From a virus (taxonomy: Duplodnaviria > Caudoviricetes): 32,383 nucleotides of DNA. The DNA lies in IMG/VR virus record IMGVR_UViG_3300036985_001355, positions 1 to 32,383 of that record. One strand, given 5' to 3'. Under the pieces are notes generated by a model. The model saw only the letters and a list, made by a program, of their open reading frames with translations. It did not search any database and was not told where the DNA came from. How positions within the stretch are numbered: position 1 is the stretch's first letter; every line of letters starts with the position of its first letter. Of the stretch, positions 1 to 8,379 are shown piece by piece. The position numbers and the translations under genes were made by a program.

Positions 1-2
1 AG

Positions 3-968
3 CTTCTCTCTCAGACCAACGAGATCCTGACCGACGCCGTGTTCAAGGAAGGCAACCTTCCTACCGGTGACCGTGTCGTGATCCGCACTGGTCTTCCCAC
101 CGTCTACTGGCGTGCCTTGAACAAGGGTATCCCGTCCAGCAAGAGCACGACCGCTCAGGTCGATGAGGCTTGCGGCATCCTGGAGGCGCGCTCGGAGATC
201 GACGTTGACCTCGCGATGCTGAACGGCAACACGGATGCGTTCCGTCTGTCGGAGGATGTCGCGTTCCTGGAAGCCATGAACCAGACGATGGCGACCACGA
301 TGTTCTACGGCAACCCGGCAACGGACCCGTTGCAGCCGCTGGGGCTGTCCAGCCGCTACTCGCTGACCTCGGCTGGCAACGGGCAGAACATCCTTCTCGG
401 CGGCAACGCCATCGCGATCACCAGCGCGTCGATCTGGCTCGTCTGCTGGGGCGACAACACCGTCTACTGCCCGTTCCCGAAGGGCAGCAAGGCTGGTCTC
501 CTGCACGAGAACCTTGGAACCGAGACGGTCTACACCCCGGCATCGGCTGGCAGCGCGAACGCTTCGTCCACCGAGCGTATGCGCGCTCTCGTCACGCGCT
601 ACCAGTGGAAGACTGGTCTCGTGGTCAAGGACTGGCGCTACTGCGTCCGCATCCCGAACATCAAGGTGTCGGAGTTCACGGCGCTGAACGCGGGCGATCA
701 ACAGCCCGCGGTCTTCACCAACGTCATCCACAAGATGGCGCAGGCTGTCTACCGAATCCCCAACCTCGCGATGGGTCGCCCTGTGTTCTACATGAACCGC
801 ACGGTTCACAGTGGTCTGACGCGCCTCGCGATGGAGAAGTCGAGCAGCGTGCTCGCCATCAACCAAGGTCTGAACCAGTTCGGCGGCCCGATGTCGTGGC
901 TGTCGTTCATGGGTGTTCCGATCCGCTGCTGTGACGCCCTCGTCAACACCGAAGCCCTGGTCGCCTGA
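3..968 (+). CDS. Major capsid protein, BPP-1 Bbp17-like (HK97 fold); 5'-truncated by the window edge
   Basis: The frame is open from base 3 (LLSQTNEILTDAVFKEGNLPTG...). RTGLP..WR.LN.G..SKSTTAQV...CG.LEARSE.D, W..GL.V.DWRY.VRI.NI and terminal F.GVPIR..DAL.NTEA.V match Bbp17-type capsids. Cement-like genes follow. Confidence 0.9.
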   Translation, partial: LLSQTNEILTDAVFKEGNLPTGDRVVIRTGLPTVYWRALNKGIPSSKSTTAQVDEACGILEARSEIDVDLAMLNGNTDAFRLSEDVAFLEAMNQTMATTMFYGNPATDPLQPLGLSSRYSLTSAGNGQNILLGGNAIAITSASIWLVCWGDNTVYCPFPKGSKAGLLHENLGTETVYTPASAGSANASSTERMRALVTRYQWKTGLVVKDWRYCVRIPNIKVSEFTALNAGDQQPAVFTNVIHKMAQAVYRIPNLAMGRPVFYMNRTVHSGLTRLAMEKSSSVLAINQGLNQFGGPMSWLSFMGVPIRCCDALVNTEALVA

Positions 969-986
969 TCCAAGGAGGATCTCAAC

Positions 987-1739
987 ATGCCCTACCTTGA
1001 CAACAACCTCGTGCTTGATTCGGCTGCTCTCGGCAGCGCGATCACGGCGACGGCTCTCACCACCAACTACATCGACGCGACTACCGCGCTGCGCGATCTT
1101 GCCCGTGGCAAGAACATGTATGCGCTGTTCACCGTCGAGGTCGCGGCAACGGCAACGACCGCTGGACAGCTTGAGCTTCAAGTTGTCTCGCTCCCGGTCA
1201 CGACTCTCGCCGGTCTCACTTCCACGGCTCCGACCATGGAAGAATCTGACGATGTCGTGACTTGGACGGCGCACGGTCTCCCTGCCGGGACGCCTGTGGC
1301 CGTGACGGCGATCACTGGTGGCACTGGTGGCAACCTCACCGCGAGCCGCCCGTACTACGTTGCGGCTGGCGCTACGCTGACCACCAACGGCTTCCGCCTC
1401 GCCACGACCCCAGGTCTGGCTCTCGCAGGAGCCCCTGATGTCACGATCACGGCTGACGCGACGGCCATGACGATCACGGTCATCCCGCAGATCCTTGGGA
1501 CTTCGGGCAACCTGACGCCCTCGATGCTCACGGTCGGGTCACAGATCGCGGTCCGACTGAACCACCCGATGTTGCACAACATCGAATCTCAGCGGCAAAT
1601 CTCGCTCCCGAACTTCCGCTATATGTTCGGGCGCTACGTGGTCACTGGGACCATCGCGGCTGTCGAGTTCCGCGTTGAACTCGTGGAAGGCGAACCGGAC
1701 GGGCTGAAGTTCTACCCGAGCGGCTTCACCATCACCTGA
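987..1739 (+). CDS. Capsid cement/decoration protein (Bbp16-like) with a ~80-100 aa internal beta-domain insertion
   Basis: Strong SD AAGGAGG. N-terminal YLDNNLVLDS..AITATALTTNYID and C-terminal RYM..RY.VTG...YPSGFTIT resemble Bbp16. It lies directly after the capsid gene. The extra length is a WTAHGL...YYV...FRLATT module. Confidence 0.75.
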   Translation: MPYLDNNLVLDSAALGSAITATALTTNYIDATTALRDLARGKNMYALFTVEVAATATTAGQLELQVVSLPVTTLAGLTSTAPTMEESDDVVTWTAHGLPAGTPVAVTAITGGTGGNLTASRPYYVAAGATLTTNGFRLATTPGLALAGAPDVTITADATAMTITVIPQILGTSGNLTPSMLTVGSQIAVRLNHPMLHNIESQRQISLPNFRYMFGRYVVTGTIAAVEFRVELVEGEPDGLKFYPSGFTIT

Positions 1740-1747
1740 GGAGGCAC

Positions 1748-2293
1748 ATGTACTCTGACGCATTCCTCAAGCTGTCTGACAACCAGTCGTTCGCTTCGGC
1801 CCCAGGCGATGTCACTGACAACATCATCGACCTTGGTTCGATCCGCAACATGGGTGTCGGAGAGCCCCTGATCGCTGTCATCAGCATCAGGACTGCGTTC
1901 ACTCCAGATGGCTTAGTTGATCCACTGATCCAGTGGCTTTTCTACGCCAGTGAACTCAGCACGAAGGCAGACTCTACGACCGCCCAAGAGCTTGGCCGGT
2001 CGGCGATCTACTCTGCCAACAGCGTTGTTCTCACTCGGAACCTACGGGCTGGGGCCAAGATTTGCGTCCCGCTTCTCCCTGTCACGACCGTTCGCGGTTC
2101 AGGCACCGACTTTGGTGCCACGACCATCGAGACGAAGGGGCGTAGATACCTCTACGGAGCGATGAATGTCACCGGGAGCGGCGACTTCCTGACCGGCACG
2201 TTCGACATCGACATCTGCACCCAAGCGCAGTTCGGTGGCGGGACGGACTACTCCGATGTCCCGCTCTACGCGACCGGCATCACCATCGCCTGA
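1748..2293 (+). CDS. Second capsid cement/decoration protein (Bbp16-like paralogue)
   Basis: SD GAGGAGG. MYSDAFLKLSDNQ..TDNIIDLG..RNMGVGEPL, LRAGAKI.VPL, RRYLY...VTG..F.TGTF and YATGITIA follow the Bbp16 pattern. Its C-terminus parallels the previous gene. Confidence 0.8.
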   Translation: MYSDAFLKLSDNQSFASAPGDVTDNIIDLGSIRNMGVGEPLIAVISIRTAFTPDGLVDPLIQWLFYASELSTKADSTTAQELGRSAIYSANSVVLTRNLRAGAKICVPLLPVTTVRGSGTDFGATTIETKGRRYLYGAMNVTGSGDFLTGTFDIDICTQAQFGGGTDYSDVPLYATGITIA

Positions 2294-2338
2294 TCTCTCT
2301 GTCGCGCAGCAGTCGCTACCTGCTTCGCGGACCTGTGT

Positions 2339-2377
2339 GCCGCTCGCCTGTTGTTCTCGCGGGCGAGCGGCTTTTTT
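2339..2377 (+). terminator. Rho-independent terminator after the capsid/cement genes
   Basis: 12-bp stem GCCGCTCGCCTG/CGGGCGAGCGGC (one G-U), 9-nt loop, then TTTTTT. A second hairpin (CGCG-C-AGCAG/CTGCT-T-CGCG, 2303-2329) lies just upstream. Confidence 0.85.
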
Positions 2378-2394
2378 CGTAAAGGACGCAAGGC

Positions 2395-4425
2395 ATGAAC
2401 ATCAACGTCGGACTGCGTAGCCGTAACACGAACTTCAACGTCTCGACTGCTGATGTTGACCTGACGGGGCGTGCGTCGAGGTTTGGTGCGTGGACGAGTG
2501 CGTGGATTCACGATCCGCTTGAGACTGATCCAGCCGCTGCGTTTGCTGGCATCACCTACTTGTTTGAATACAAGTGGCCTGAGCGATTCAACGCGATCCA
2601 TATGTCCCTCATCCCGAAGGGACCGAATCGTGGCAAGGTCGTGGTGTGGGACAACGCGCCGGTCATCGCGACTCTCGCGAACGATCCTCTGGTTGCGGCT
2701 AACACGCTGTGGTCGCTGCAAGCGTGGGCGATCGTGGACCCTGCTGATGAACCAGCGGGTGCTAGGTTCCAGAACTTCTTCTTCCCTGTTGGTCCGATCG
2801 AAGGTGACTTTGGAACACCTTCCACCGTTCGCATTCCCAACCTGTTCTGTGCTGGTCACACTTGGACGCAGAACGGCGACTTGATGATCGCTGGCGGCAT
2901 GAGTTGGGATCCCGATGTCAACCAGTATGCGGACAACAAGGTCTACATCTGGGCACCGTCGCTGGATATGTCGTGCTACTCGACCGACGATGCTGGCACG
3001 CCGACGTTCAACTCGGCTCTGACCGGTGGTCACTACACGACCGGCAAGGGCGCGTGGGTTCAAGCCGCAGTGCTCGACTTCGGTCGCTACTACCCATCGG
3101 TGAACCTGAGTCCTTCGTTCGTTCGCACCGGCAACAAGCCTGTGCTGATCGTGGCTGGTGGCAGCAACGACTTGCTTCTTGCCAACCAGGACTACACGCA
3201 CAACCCGACGTGGAACACCTACGAAGCCTACGTCGTGAACGCGGCACCGACCGCTACCGCATCAGGTCTCATCAAGGACGTTGACGGCATCGACGTTTGG
3301 CCCGGCCCTGGCGTCCTGCTTGACAACACGCCGTTTGAAGACTCGCTCTACTTCTACTCGCGCAGCTACTTCAAGACCAACGGGGACTTGTTCATGGCTG
3401 GCATGGTTCACAAGAGCGCGACTCTTGCTGACCATGACGGTGCCCCAGGCGTGTGGACTACGACGCAAGGGCACAGCGAACCTGTCGGTCTGCTGAACGA
3501 GTTCCGCTACTACGGCTCCAGCGTCCAGCTTCAGAACTTTGAGACGCACGCGGATGTCATCTACCGCATGGGTGGCGCGCAGATCCCACCGTTCATCGAA
3601 TGGACTGCTGGCGTAGATCCCGACCGCGAGTTCGACACGAACACCGTCGAGCGCATCAACCTGACCGCTGGCGGCACTGAGCAGTGGGCACCGGCTCCTG
3701 CGATGAACGTTCCCCGCCAGATGCTGAACACCGTTGTGCTTCCTGACGGCAGCATCGTGGCGTTCGGTGGCGTGGACTGGCAACCGACCGACGAGCCGCC
3801 AGTGCCGCACGAGTTCTTGCAGCACGGTGGCTTGCACAACGACAACTTCCTCTACCACACTGCGGTGGAGGTCTTGTTCCCCGGTGCAACCAAGTGGGTC
3901 ATCGCTAGCTGGACGGCATCGCAGTCGCGAAGGGACTACCACCAGACCACGATCCTGCTTCCAGATGGCCGCGTCATCAACGGCGGCGGCGAGTCGCGCG
4001 ACCACGGTGGTCCGCTCGATGGCTACGACTACGAGGTTTGGGAGCCGCACTACCTGCGTCCGCAGGATGACAGTCCGTATCGGCCAACGCGCCCTACGAC
4101 CGTTGTGCTGACAAGCCTTGGTTCGCCAACGCAGGACGCGGAAGGTTGCTACCTGCTCAACTACGCGACTCAGTACGAGATCACTTGCGATGACCTTCCG
4201 CAGTATCGCTACCTGAACCAAGTCAGCATCACCGCTACCGGGTCATGCACGCACCATGCAGACCTGAACAGCAAGATCCGGTTCCTCGTGGTCACGAAGC
4301 CAAACGCGACCACGATTCGGTTCACGACCCCTGCCGACGAGTCCGCGTGGCAGAAGGGGTATCACCTTCTCTGGGTTCTGACCGACCAAGGCGTCCCCGC
4401 CGAGGCTCTGTGGTTCAAGCTGTGA
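2395..4425 (+). CDS. Galactose-oxidase/glyoxal-oxidase-like copper radical oxidase (CAZy AA5-like; Kelch-type propeller plus C-terminal DUF1929-like domain)
   Basis: NLFCAGH (C152), GRYYPS (Y233), RDYHQTTILLPDGRVINGGG (Y515/H516), GSCTHH (H620), WAPAPAMNVPR..LNTVVLPDGSIVAFGG and C-terminal GYHLLWVLTDQGVP correspond in order to galactose oxidase C228, Y272, Y495, H496 and H581. Confidence 0.9.
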   Translation: MNINVGLRSRNTNFNVSTADVDLTGRASRFGAWTSAWIHDPLETDPAAAFAGITYLFEYKWPERFNAIHMSLIPKGPNRGKVVVWDNAPVIATLANDPLVAANTLWSLQAWAIVDPADEPAGARFQNFFFPVGPIEGDFGTPSTVRIPNLFCAGHTWTQNGDLMIAGGMSWDPDVNQYADNKVYIWAPSLDMSCYSTDDAGTPTFNSALTGGHYTTGKGAWVQAAVLDFGRYYPSVNLSPSFVRTGNKPVLIVAGGSNDLLLANQDYTHNPTWNTYEAYVVNAAPTATASGLIKDVDGIDVWPGPGVLLDNTPFEDSLYFYSRSYFKTNGDLFMAGMVHKSATLADHDGAPGVWTTTQGHSEPVGLLNEFRYYGSSVQLQNFETHADVIYRMGGAQIPPFIEWTAGVDPDREFDTNTVERINLTAGGTEQWAPAPAMNVPRQMLNTVVLPDGSIVAFGGVDWQPTDEPPVPHEFLQHGGLHNDNFLYHTAVEVLFPGATKWVIASWTASQSRRDYHQTTILLPDGRVINGGGESRDHGGPLDGYDYEVWEPHYLRPQDDSPYRPTRPTTVVLTSLGSPTQDAEGCYLLNYATQYEITCDDLPQYRYLNQVSITATGSCTHHADLNSKIRFLVVTKPNATTIRFTTPADESAWQKGYHLLWVLTDQGVPAEALWFKL

Positions 4426-4432
4426 GGCACCG

Positions 4433-5425
4433 ATGAACATCATCAATCTCTGCCCGACCGTCATCGACATCTACATCGCGCAGAACGACATCCAGCCGTG
4501 GACGTTCACGATCCGCAACTCGTCGTGGCAAGTCGTAGACATCACTGGCCTCAACTTTGAACTCTACATCTACGCATATCCGCACTCGGCTAGCGGGCAC
4601 ACGCACGATGAGGAAGTGACGCCAGCCGAGCCGCAGATCGTGGTTGGTAACGTGACTGATGCAGCCAACGGCGTGGTGGAGTTCGCCCTGAGCGGCTTGC
4701 AGGCTGCTACCGACCACGGCACCTACTACTACGAACTGCACGAGATTGACGGGCTGGTAACGACCGTCCTGATCAACGGCAACTTCACGTTCCTTGAGGA
4801 TATGTGTGGGTGTATTCCTCAGACCGATGTGGACATCTGCAACATGGCTCTGTCGTTCATCGGCGAGTCGGCGGATGTGCTGTCGGTCGATCCGCCCGAT
4901 CCTTCGCCGCAGGCTCGCCTGTGCCATATGTTCTACCCGATCGCTCTGCAAGCGACGTTGGACTTGCAGCACTGGTCGTTTGCCACGAACACCGAGGTGC
5001 TGACCGTTCACGAGTGCGACCGAGATGCGTGGGACTACTGCTACATGCTCCCGCACGACTTCCAGCGTCCGATCGCGGTGCTTCCCACCGGCAGCACGGA
5101 TGACAGCAAGGACGCGCAAGACTTTGTGATCGAGCAGGACACGGACGGTGTGCTGCGCCTGTTTACGGATCAGGAGGATGCAGTCCTTCGCTACTGCACG
5201 AAGATCCTCTACGCGAGAGACTTCACGCCGCTGTTCAGCCTCGTGCTGTCGTGGCACCTCGCGTCGATGCTTGCCGGTGCAACCATGAAGGGCAAGGAAG
5301 GCGCTGAGGAGTCCAAGCGGTGCTTGCAGATGATGGGCATGTATCTCGGCCAAGCAGGCCAGTCGGACGCGATCAAGCGCAACACGCACCCTGTTCACAC
5401 CCCTGACTGGATGGCGAAGCGGTAA
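4433..5425 (+). CDS. Head-tail adaptor / tail tubular protein A (T7 gp11-like) with an N-terminal BppU_N-like Ig-type domain
   Basis: The C-terminal ~200 aa (TDVDICNMALSFIGE...ARLC..FY......L..H.WSFA...W.Y.Y.LP.D..R...F.IE...LFTD) is the typical podovirus adaptor. The N-terminal ~120 aa (I.I.QND...FTI......VDITG...VTDAANGVVEF.LS...GTYYYEL) resembles BppU N-terminal domains. Confidence 0.8.
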   Translation: MNIINLCPTVIDIYIAQNDIQPWTFTIRNSSWQVVDITGLNFELYIYAYPHSASGHTHDEEVTPAEPQIVVGNVTDAANGVVEFALSGLQAATDHGTYYYELHEIDGLVTTVLINGNFTFLEDMCGCIPQTDVDICNMALSFIGESADVLSVDPPDPSPQARLCHMFYPIALQATLDLQHWSFATNTEVLTVHECDRDAWDYCYMLPHDFQRPIAVLPTGSTDDSKDAQDFVIEQDTDGVLRLFTDQEDAVLRYCTKILYARDFTPLFSLVLSWHLASMLAGATMKGKEGAEESKRCLQMMGMYLGQAGQSDAIKRNTHPVHTPDWMAKR

Positions 5426-5428
5426 GCC

Positions 5429-8377
5429 ATGGCATCGACCAAGACCTTCGTGCGTTCGTTCTCCGGTGGCGAGATCAGCACCGAGATGTTTGGGCGCATC
5501 GACGATGCCAAGTTCCAGACTGGTGCGGAGCGTCTGCGCAACTTCGTGGTGAAGCCGCAGGGTCCTGCTGTGCGGCGTCCCGGCACGCAGTTCGTGCGCG
5601 AGACCAAGGATGGCACGAAGAAGTCGCGGTTGATCCCGTTCGTCTACTCGACAGATCAGACCATGGTCATCGAGTTGGGGGACAGCCACATCCGGTTCCA
5701 CACGGATGGTGGGACGCTGGTTCACAATACGCCGGTTCCGACTGCGTTCATCCCGTCGAACGCAACGATCACGTTCGATGACGCCACTGATGAGGTGGTC
5801 TGGAACAGTCACCCGCTGGTCGCCGACAACGAGGTGTCGTTCACGGTCAGCGGCGGCATCCCTCCGGCAGGCATCAACGTCGGTCAGACCTACTACGCTG
5901 TGATCCAGAGCAGCAACCGCATCAAGCTCGCCGAAACGGCTGGCGCTGGCGGGATCACGTTCACTGGTGCTGGATCGGGCATCCCAACCGGCTACCGCCG
6001 CTACCAGCCAGGGACGCTCATCTCATACCTGACGCACAACTACATCTGTCTAGCCGAGAACGACAGCGACGTTCCGCCTGCGTTCCCGACCGCTGGCGAC
6101 GGATGGTGGTATCTGCAACCAGCCACAGGCGAGCTTGAGCTACCCGCGCCGTGGCTTGAAGCTGAACTGTTCAACCTGACCTACGCGCAGAGCAACGACA
6201 TCCTTACCATCGCTGGCACGACCGGCGGCACGCGCGAACTCAAGCGCCTGAGTGCGACCGAGTGGGTGCTTGAGACTCCGCAGCTTGTGCCTGCGTTGAG
6301 CCATCCAGAGAGCATCGTGCTGACGGCTTCGCGGGGTGAGGCTATCAGTATCAGCACAATCTCTGTCGCAGCCACAGCACTAATCGACACGGACATCGCT
6401 CACCGCTTGTCGGTTGGTGACCCAGTCTACATCGGAGGCATCAACCCTTCGCTTGGCGGGCTAGTTGACGGGTTCTACATCGTCAATACGACTCCGCTGT
6501 TTACACGATTGACTGTCCGTGACTACAGCGGCGGCGGCGTCATCGGAACGACTGGCACCTACACCGCTGCCACCGACTACGTCCAGTTCGGTTCCCGCAC
6601 CGTCGATGTCACCAAATACTACAAGGTGACGGCGGTCTCCGCTGACGGCAACGAGTCCGAGCCATCTGTCGAACAGAGCGTCACCAACAACCTGTTCATC
6701 ACCGGAGCCTACAACACAATCGAGTGGGCCGAGGTCGAAGGCGCAGCCCGCTACAAGGTCTACAAGAAGCAGAGCGGTCTCTACGGCTACATCGGTCAGA
6801 CTGAGACCGAGTCGTTCATTGATGACAACATCGCCCCAGACATGGGCGTCACGCCGCCTATCCGCACGAACGGCGAGTTGATCCTGCCTGACAACTACCC
6901 TGGCGCGGTTGCCTACTTTGAGCAGCGCCGCTGCTTCGCTGGAACGCCAACCGAGCCGCAGAGCCTATTCCTCACGCGCAGCGGCAGCGACTACGACCTC
7001 GCCTACTCGCTCCCGACCATCGACACCGACCGCATCAAGGTCCAGATCGCGGCTCGCGAGTCGAATACGATTCGCCACATCGTCCCGATGTCGGAGCTTC
7101 TGCTGCTGACCAACTCGGCAGAGTGGCGAGTCACTGCGGTCAACAGCGAGGCGCTGACGCCTACGAGCATCAGCATCCGCGCGCAGAGCTACACCGGCGC
7201 GAACCATGCGCAGCCGCAGATCGTGAACAACTCGCTGGTGTTCTGCGCCAACCGTGGCGGTCACGTTCGCGAGCTTGCGTTCAACTGGCAGGCGCAGGGG
7301 TATCAGACTGGCGACCTGTCGCTTCGCGCTGCGCACTTGTTCGACAACTACGAGATTCGCGACATGACCTACGCGAAGTCTCCGATCCCGGTCCTGTGGT
7401 TCACGAGCACGAGCGGGCAACTGCTGTCGCTGACCTACGTGCCAGAGGAGCAGGTTGGCGCATGGTGCTGGCACGCCACGGACGGCGAGTTTGAGTCCGT
7501 ATGCTCGGTGCCAGAAGGTGAGGAGGATTCCGTCTACGTCAGCGTGAAGCGCACGATCGACGGCAGCACGGTGCGCTACATCGAGAAGTTCGCGCCCTAC
7601 GAGTTCGCGGCGCTGGAGGATGCGTTCTACGTGGACAGTGGCCTGACGTTCGACGGCACCAACACTGTCGGCACCGCGCTGATGACTCTGAGCGCGGCAA
7701 CGTGGACGGCAGGATCAACCATCACGATCACGGCAACTGCGCACTCGCCGTTCATCTTCCCGACGCAGAGCGACGTTGGCGATCAAGTCGTGTTCTACGG
7801 ATCGGATGGGACCGAGTATCGAATCACGATCGCGGCAACATCTAGCGCCACAGTTGCGACTGGCACTTGCACCGCCACGATCCCTGCCGAGCTTCGTGCA
7901 GCAGCGACTGCAACGTGGGCTTGGGCGCGCGACACGATGTCGGGTCTTGGGCACCTTGAAGGCGAGTCGTTGTCGATCCTCGCAGACGGGACCGTCCATT
8001 CTGCGCAGACCGTAGACACTGCCGCAATCTCGCTGAATGCCCCATACGTCAAGGTCCATGCTGGGCTCGGCTACACCAGCGACCTCAAGACCTTGCCCAT
8101 GGCGATCCAGATGGAAGGCTTCGCGCAAGGTCGCACGCTCAACGTCAACGCCGCGTGGGTGCGGTTCTACCAAACCGCTGGCGGCGAGATCGGACCTGAT
8201 GAGGACCGACTGATTCCCCTCAACCCTACCGAGACGGGCGATGAAATGCGCAGCGTCATGGTAGATACGTTGCTGCTGAAACGCTGGCAGCAAGGCGGGC
8301 AAGTGTGGATCAGGCAAGATGATCCGCTGCCCATGACTGTTGTGAGTATCACGGCGGAAGTTAGCATCGGAGGCTGA
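5429..8377 (+). CDS. Tail tubular protein B / nozzle (T7 gp12-like), with inserted beta-domains
   Basis: SFSGGEIS.EMFGRID...FQTG...RNF.V.PQG...RRPGT.FV, RLIPF, Y.QSND, NYPGAV.YFEQR..FAG, DLSL.A.HL and L.HLEG...I.ADG...GL.Y are hallmark motifs. It follows the adaptor. Confidence 0.9.
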   Translation: MASTKTFVRSFSGGEISTEMFGRIDDAKFQTGAERLRNFVVKPQGPAVRRPGTQFVRETKDGTKKSRLIPFVYSTDQTMVIELGDSHIRFHTDGGTLVHNTPVPTAFIPSNATITFDDATDEVVWNSHPLVADNEVSFTVSGGIPPAGINVGQTYYAVIQSSNRIKLAETAGAGGITFTGAGSGIPTGYRRYQPGTLISYLTHNYICLAENDSDVPPAFPTAGDGWWYLQPATGELELPAPWLEAELFNLTYAQSNDILTIAGTTGGTRELKRLSATEWVLETPQLVPALSHPESIVLTASRGEAISISTISVAATALIDTDIAHRLSVGDPVYIGGINPSLGGLVDGFYIVNTTPLFTRLTVRDYSGGGVIGTTGTYTAATDYVQFGSRTVDVTKYYKVTAVSADGNESEPSVEQSVTNNLFITGAYNTIEWAEVEGAARYKVYKKQSGLYGYIGQTETESFIDDNIAPDMGVTPPIRTNGELILPDNYPGAVAYFEQRRCFAGTPTEPQSLFLTRSGSDYDLAYSLPTIDTDRIKVQIAARESNTIRHIVPMSELLLLTNSAEWRVTAVNSEALTPTSISIRAQSYTGANHAQPQIVNNSLVFCANRGGHVRELAFNWQAQGYQTGDLSLRAAHLFDNYEIRDMTYAKSPIPVLWFTSTSGQLLSLTYVPEEQVGAWCWHATDGEFESVCSVPEGEEDSVYVSVKRTIDGSTVRYIEKFAPYEFAALEDAFYVDSGLTFDGTNTVGTALMTLSAATWTAGSTITITATAHSPFIFPTQSDVGDQVVFYGSDGTEYRITIAATSSATVATGTCTATIPAELRAAATATWAWARDTMSGLGHLEGESLSILADGTVHSAQTVDTAAISLNAPYVKVHAGLGYTSDLKTLPMAIQMEGFAQGRTLNVNAAWVRFYQTAGGEIGPDEDRLIPLNPTETGDEMRSVMVDTLLLKRWQQGGQVWIRQDDPLPMTVVSITAEVSIGG

Positions 8378-8379
8378 AC

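Noticed and set aside
960-990. The capsid stop TGA is in frame with the cement ATG with no intervening stop, allowing a possible read-through fusion
   Set aside because: An in-frame arrangement has about a one-in-three chance. The spacer holds a strong SD for independent initiation, and I see no recognised read-through context.
2266-5812. Long antisense ORFs (2266-3201, 3262-4221, 4415-5812) and similar ones opposite the large internal virion gene
   Set aside because: These are shadow frames of GC-biased sense genes, with Arg/Val-rich low-information translations and no motifs.
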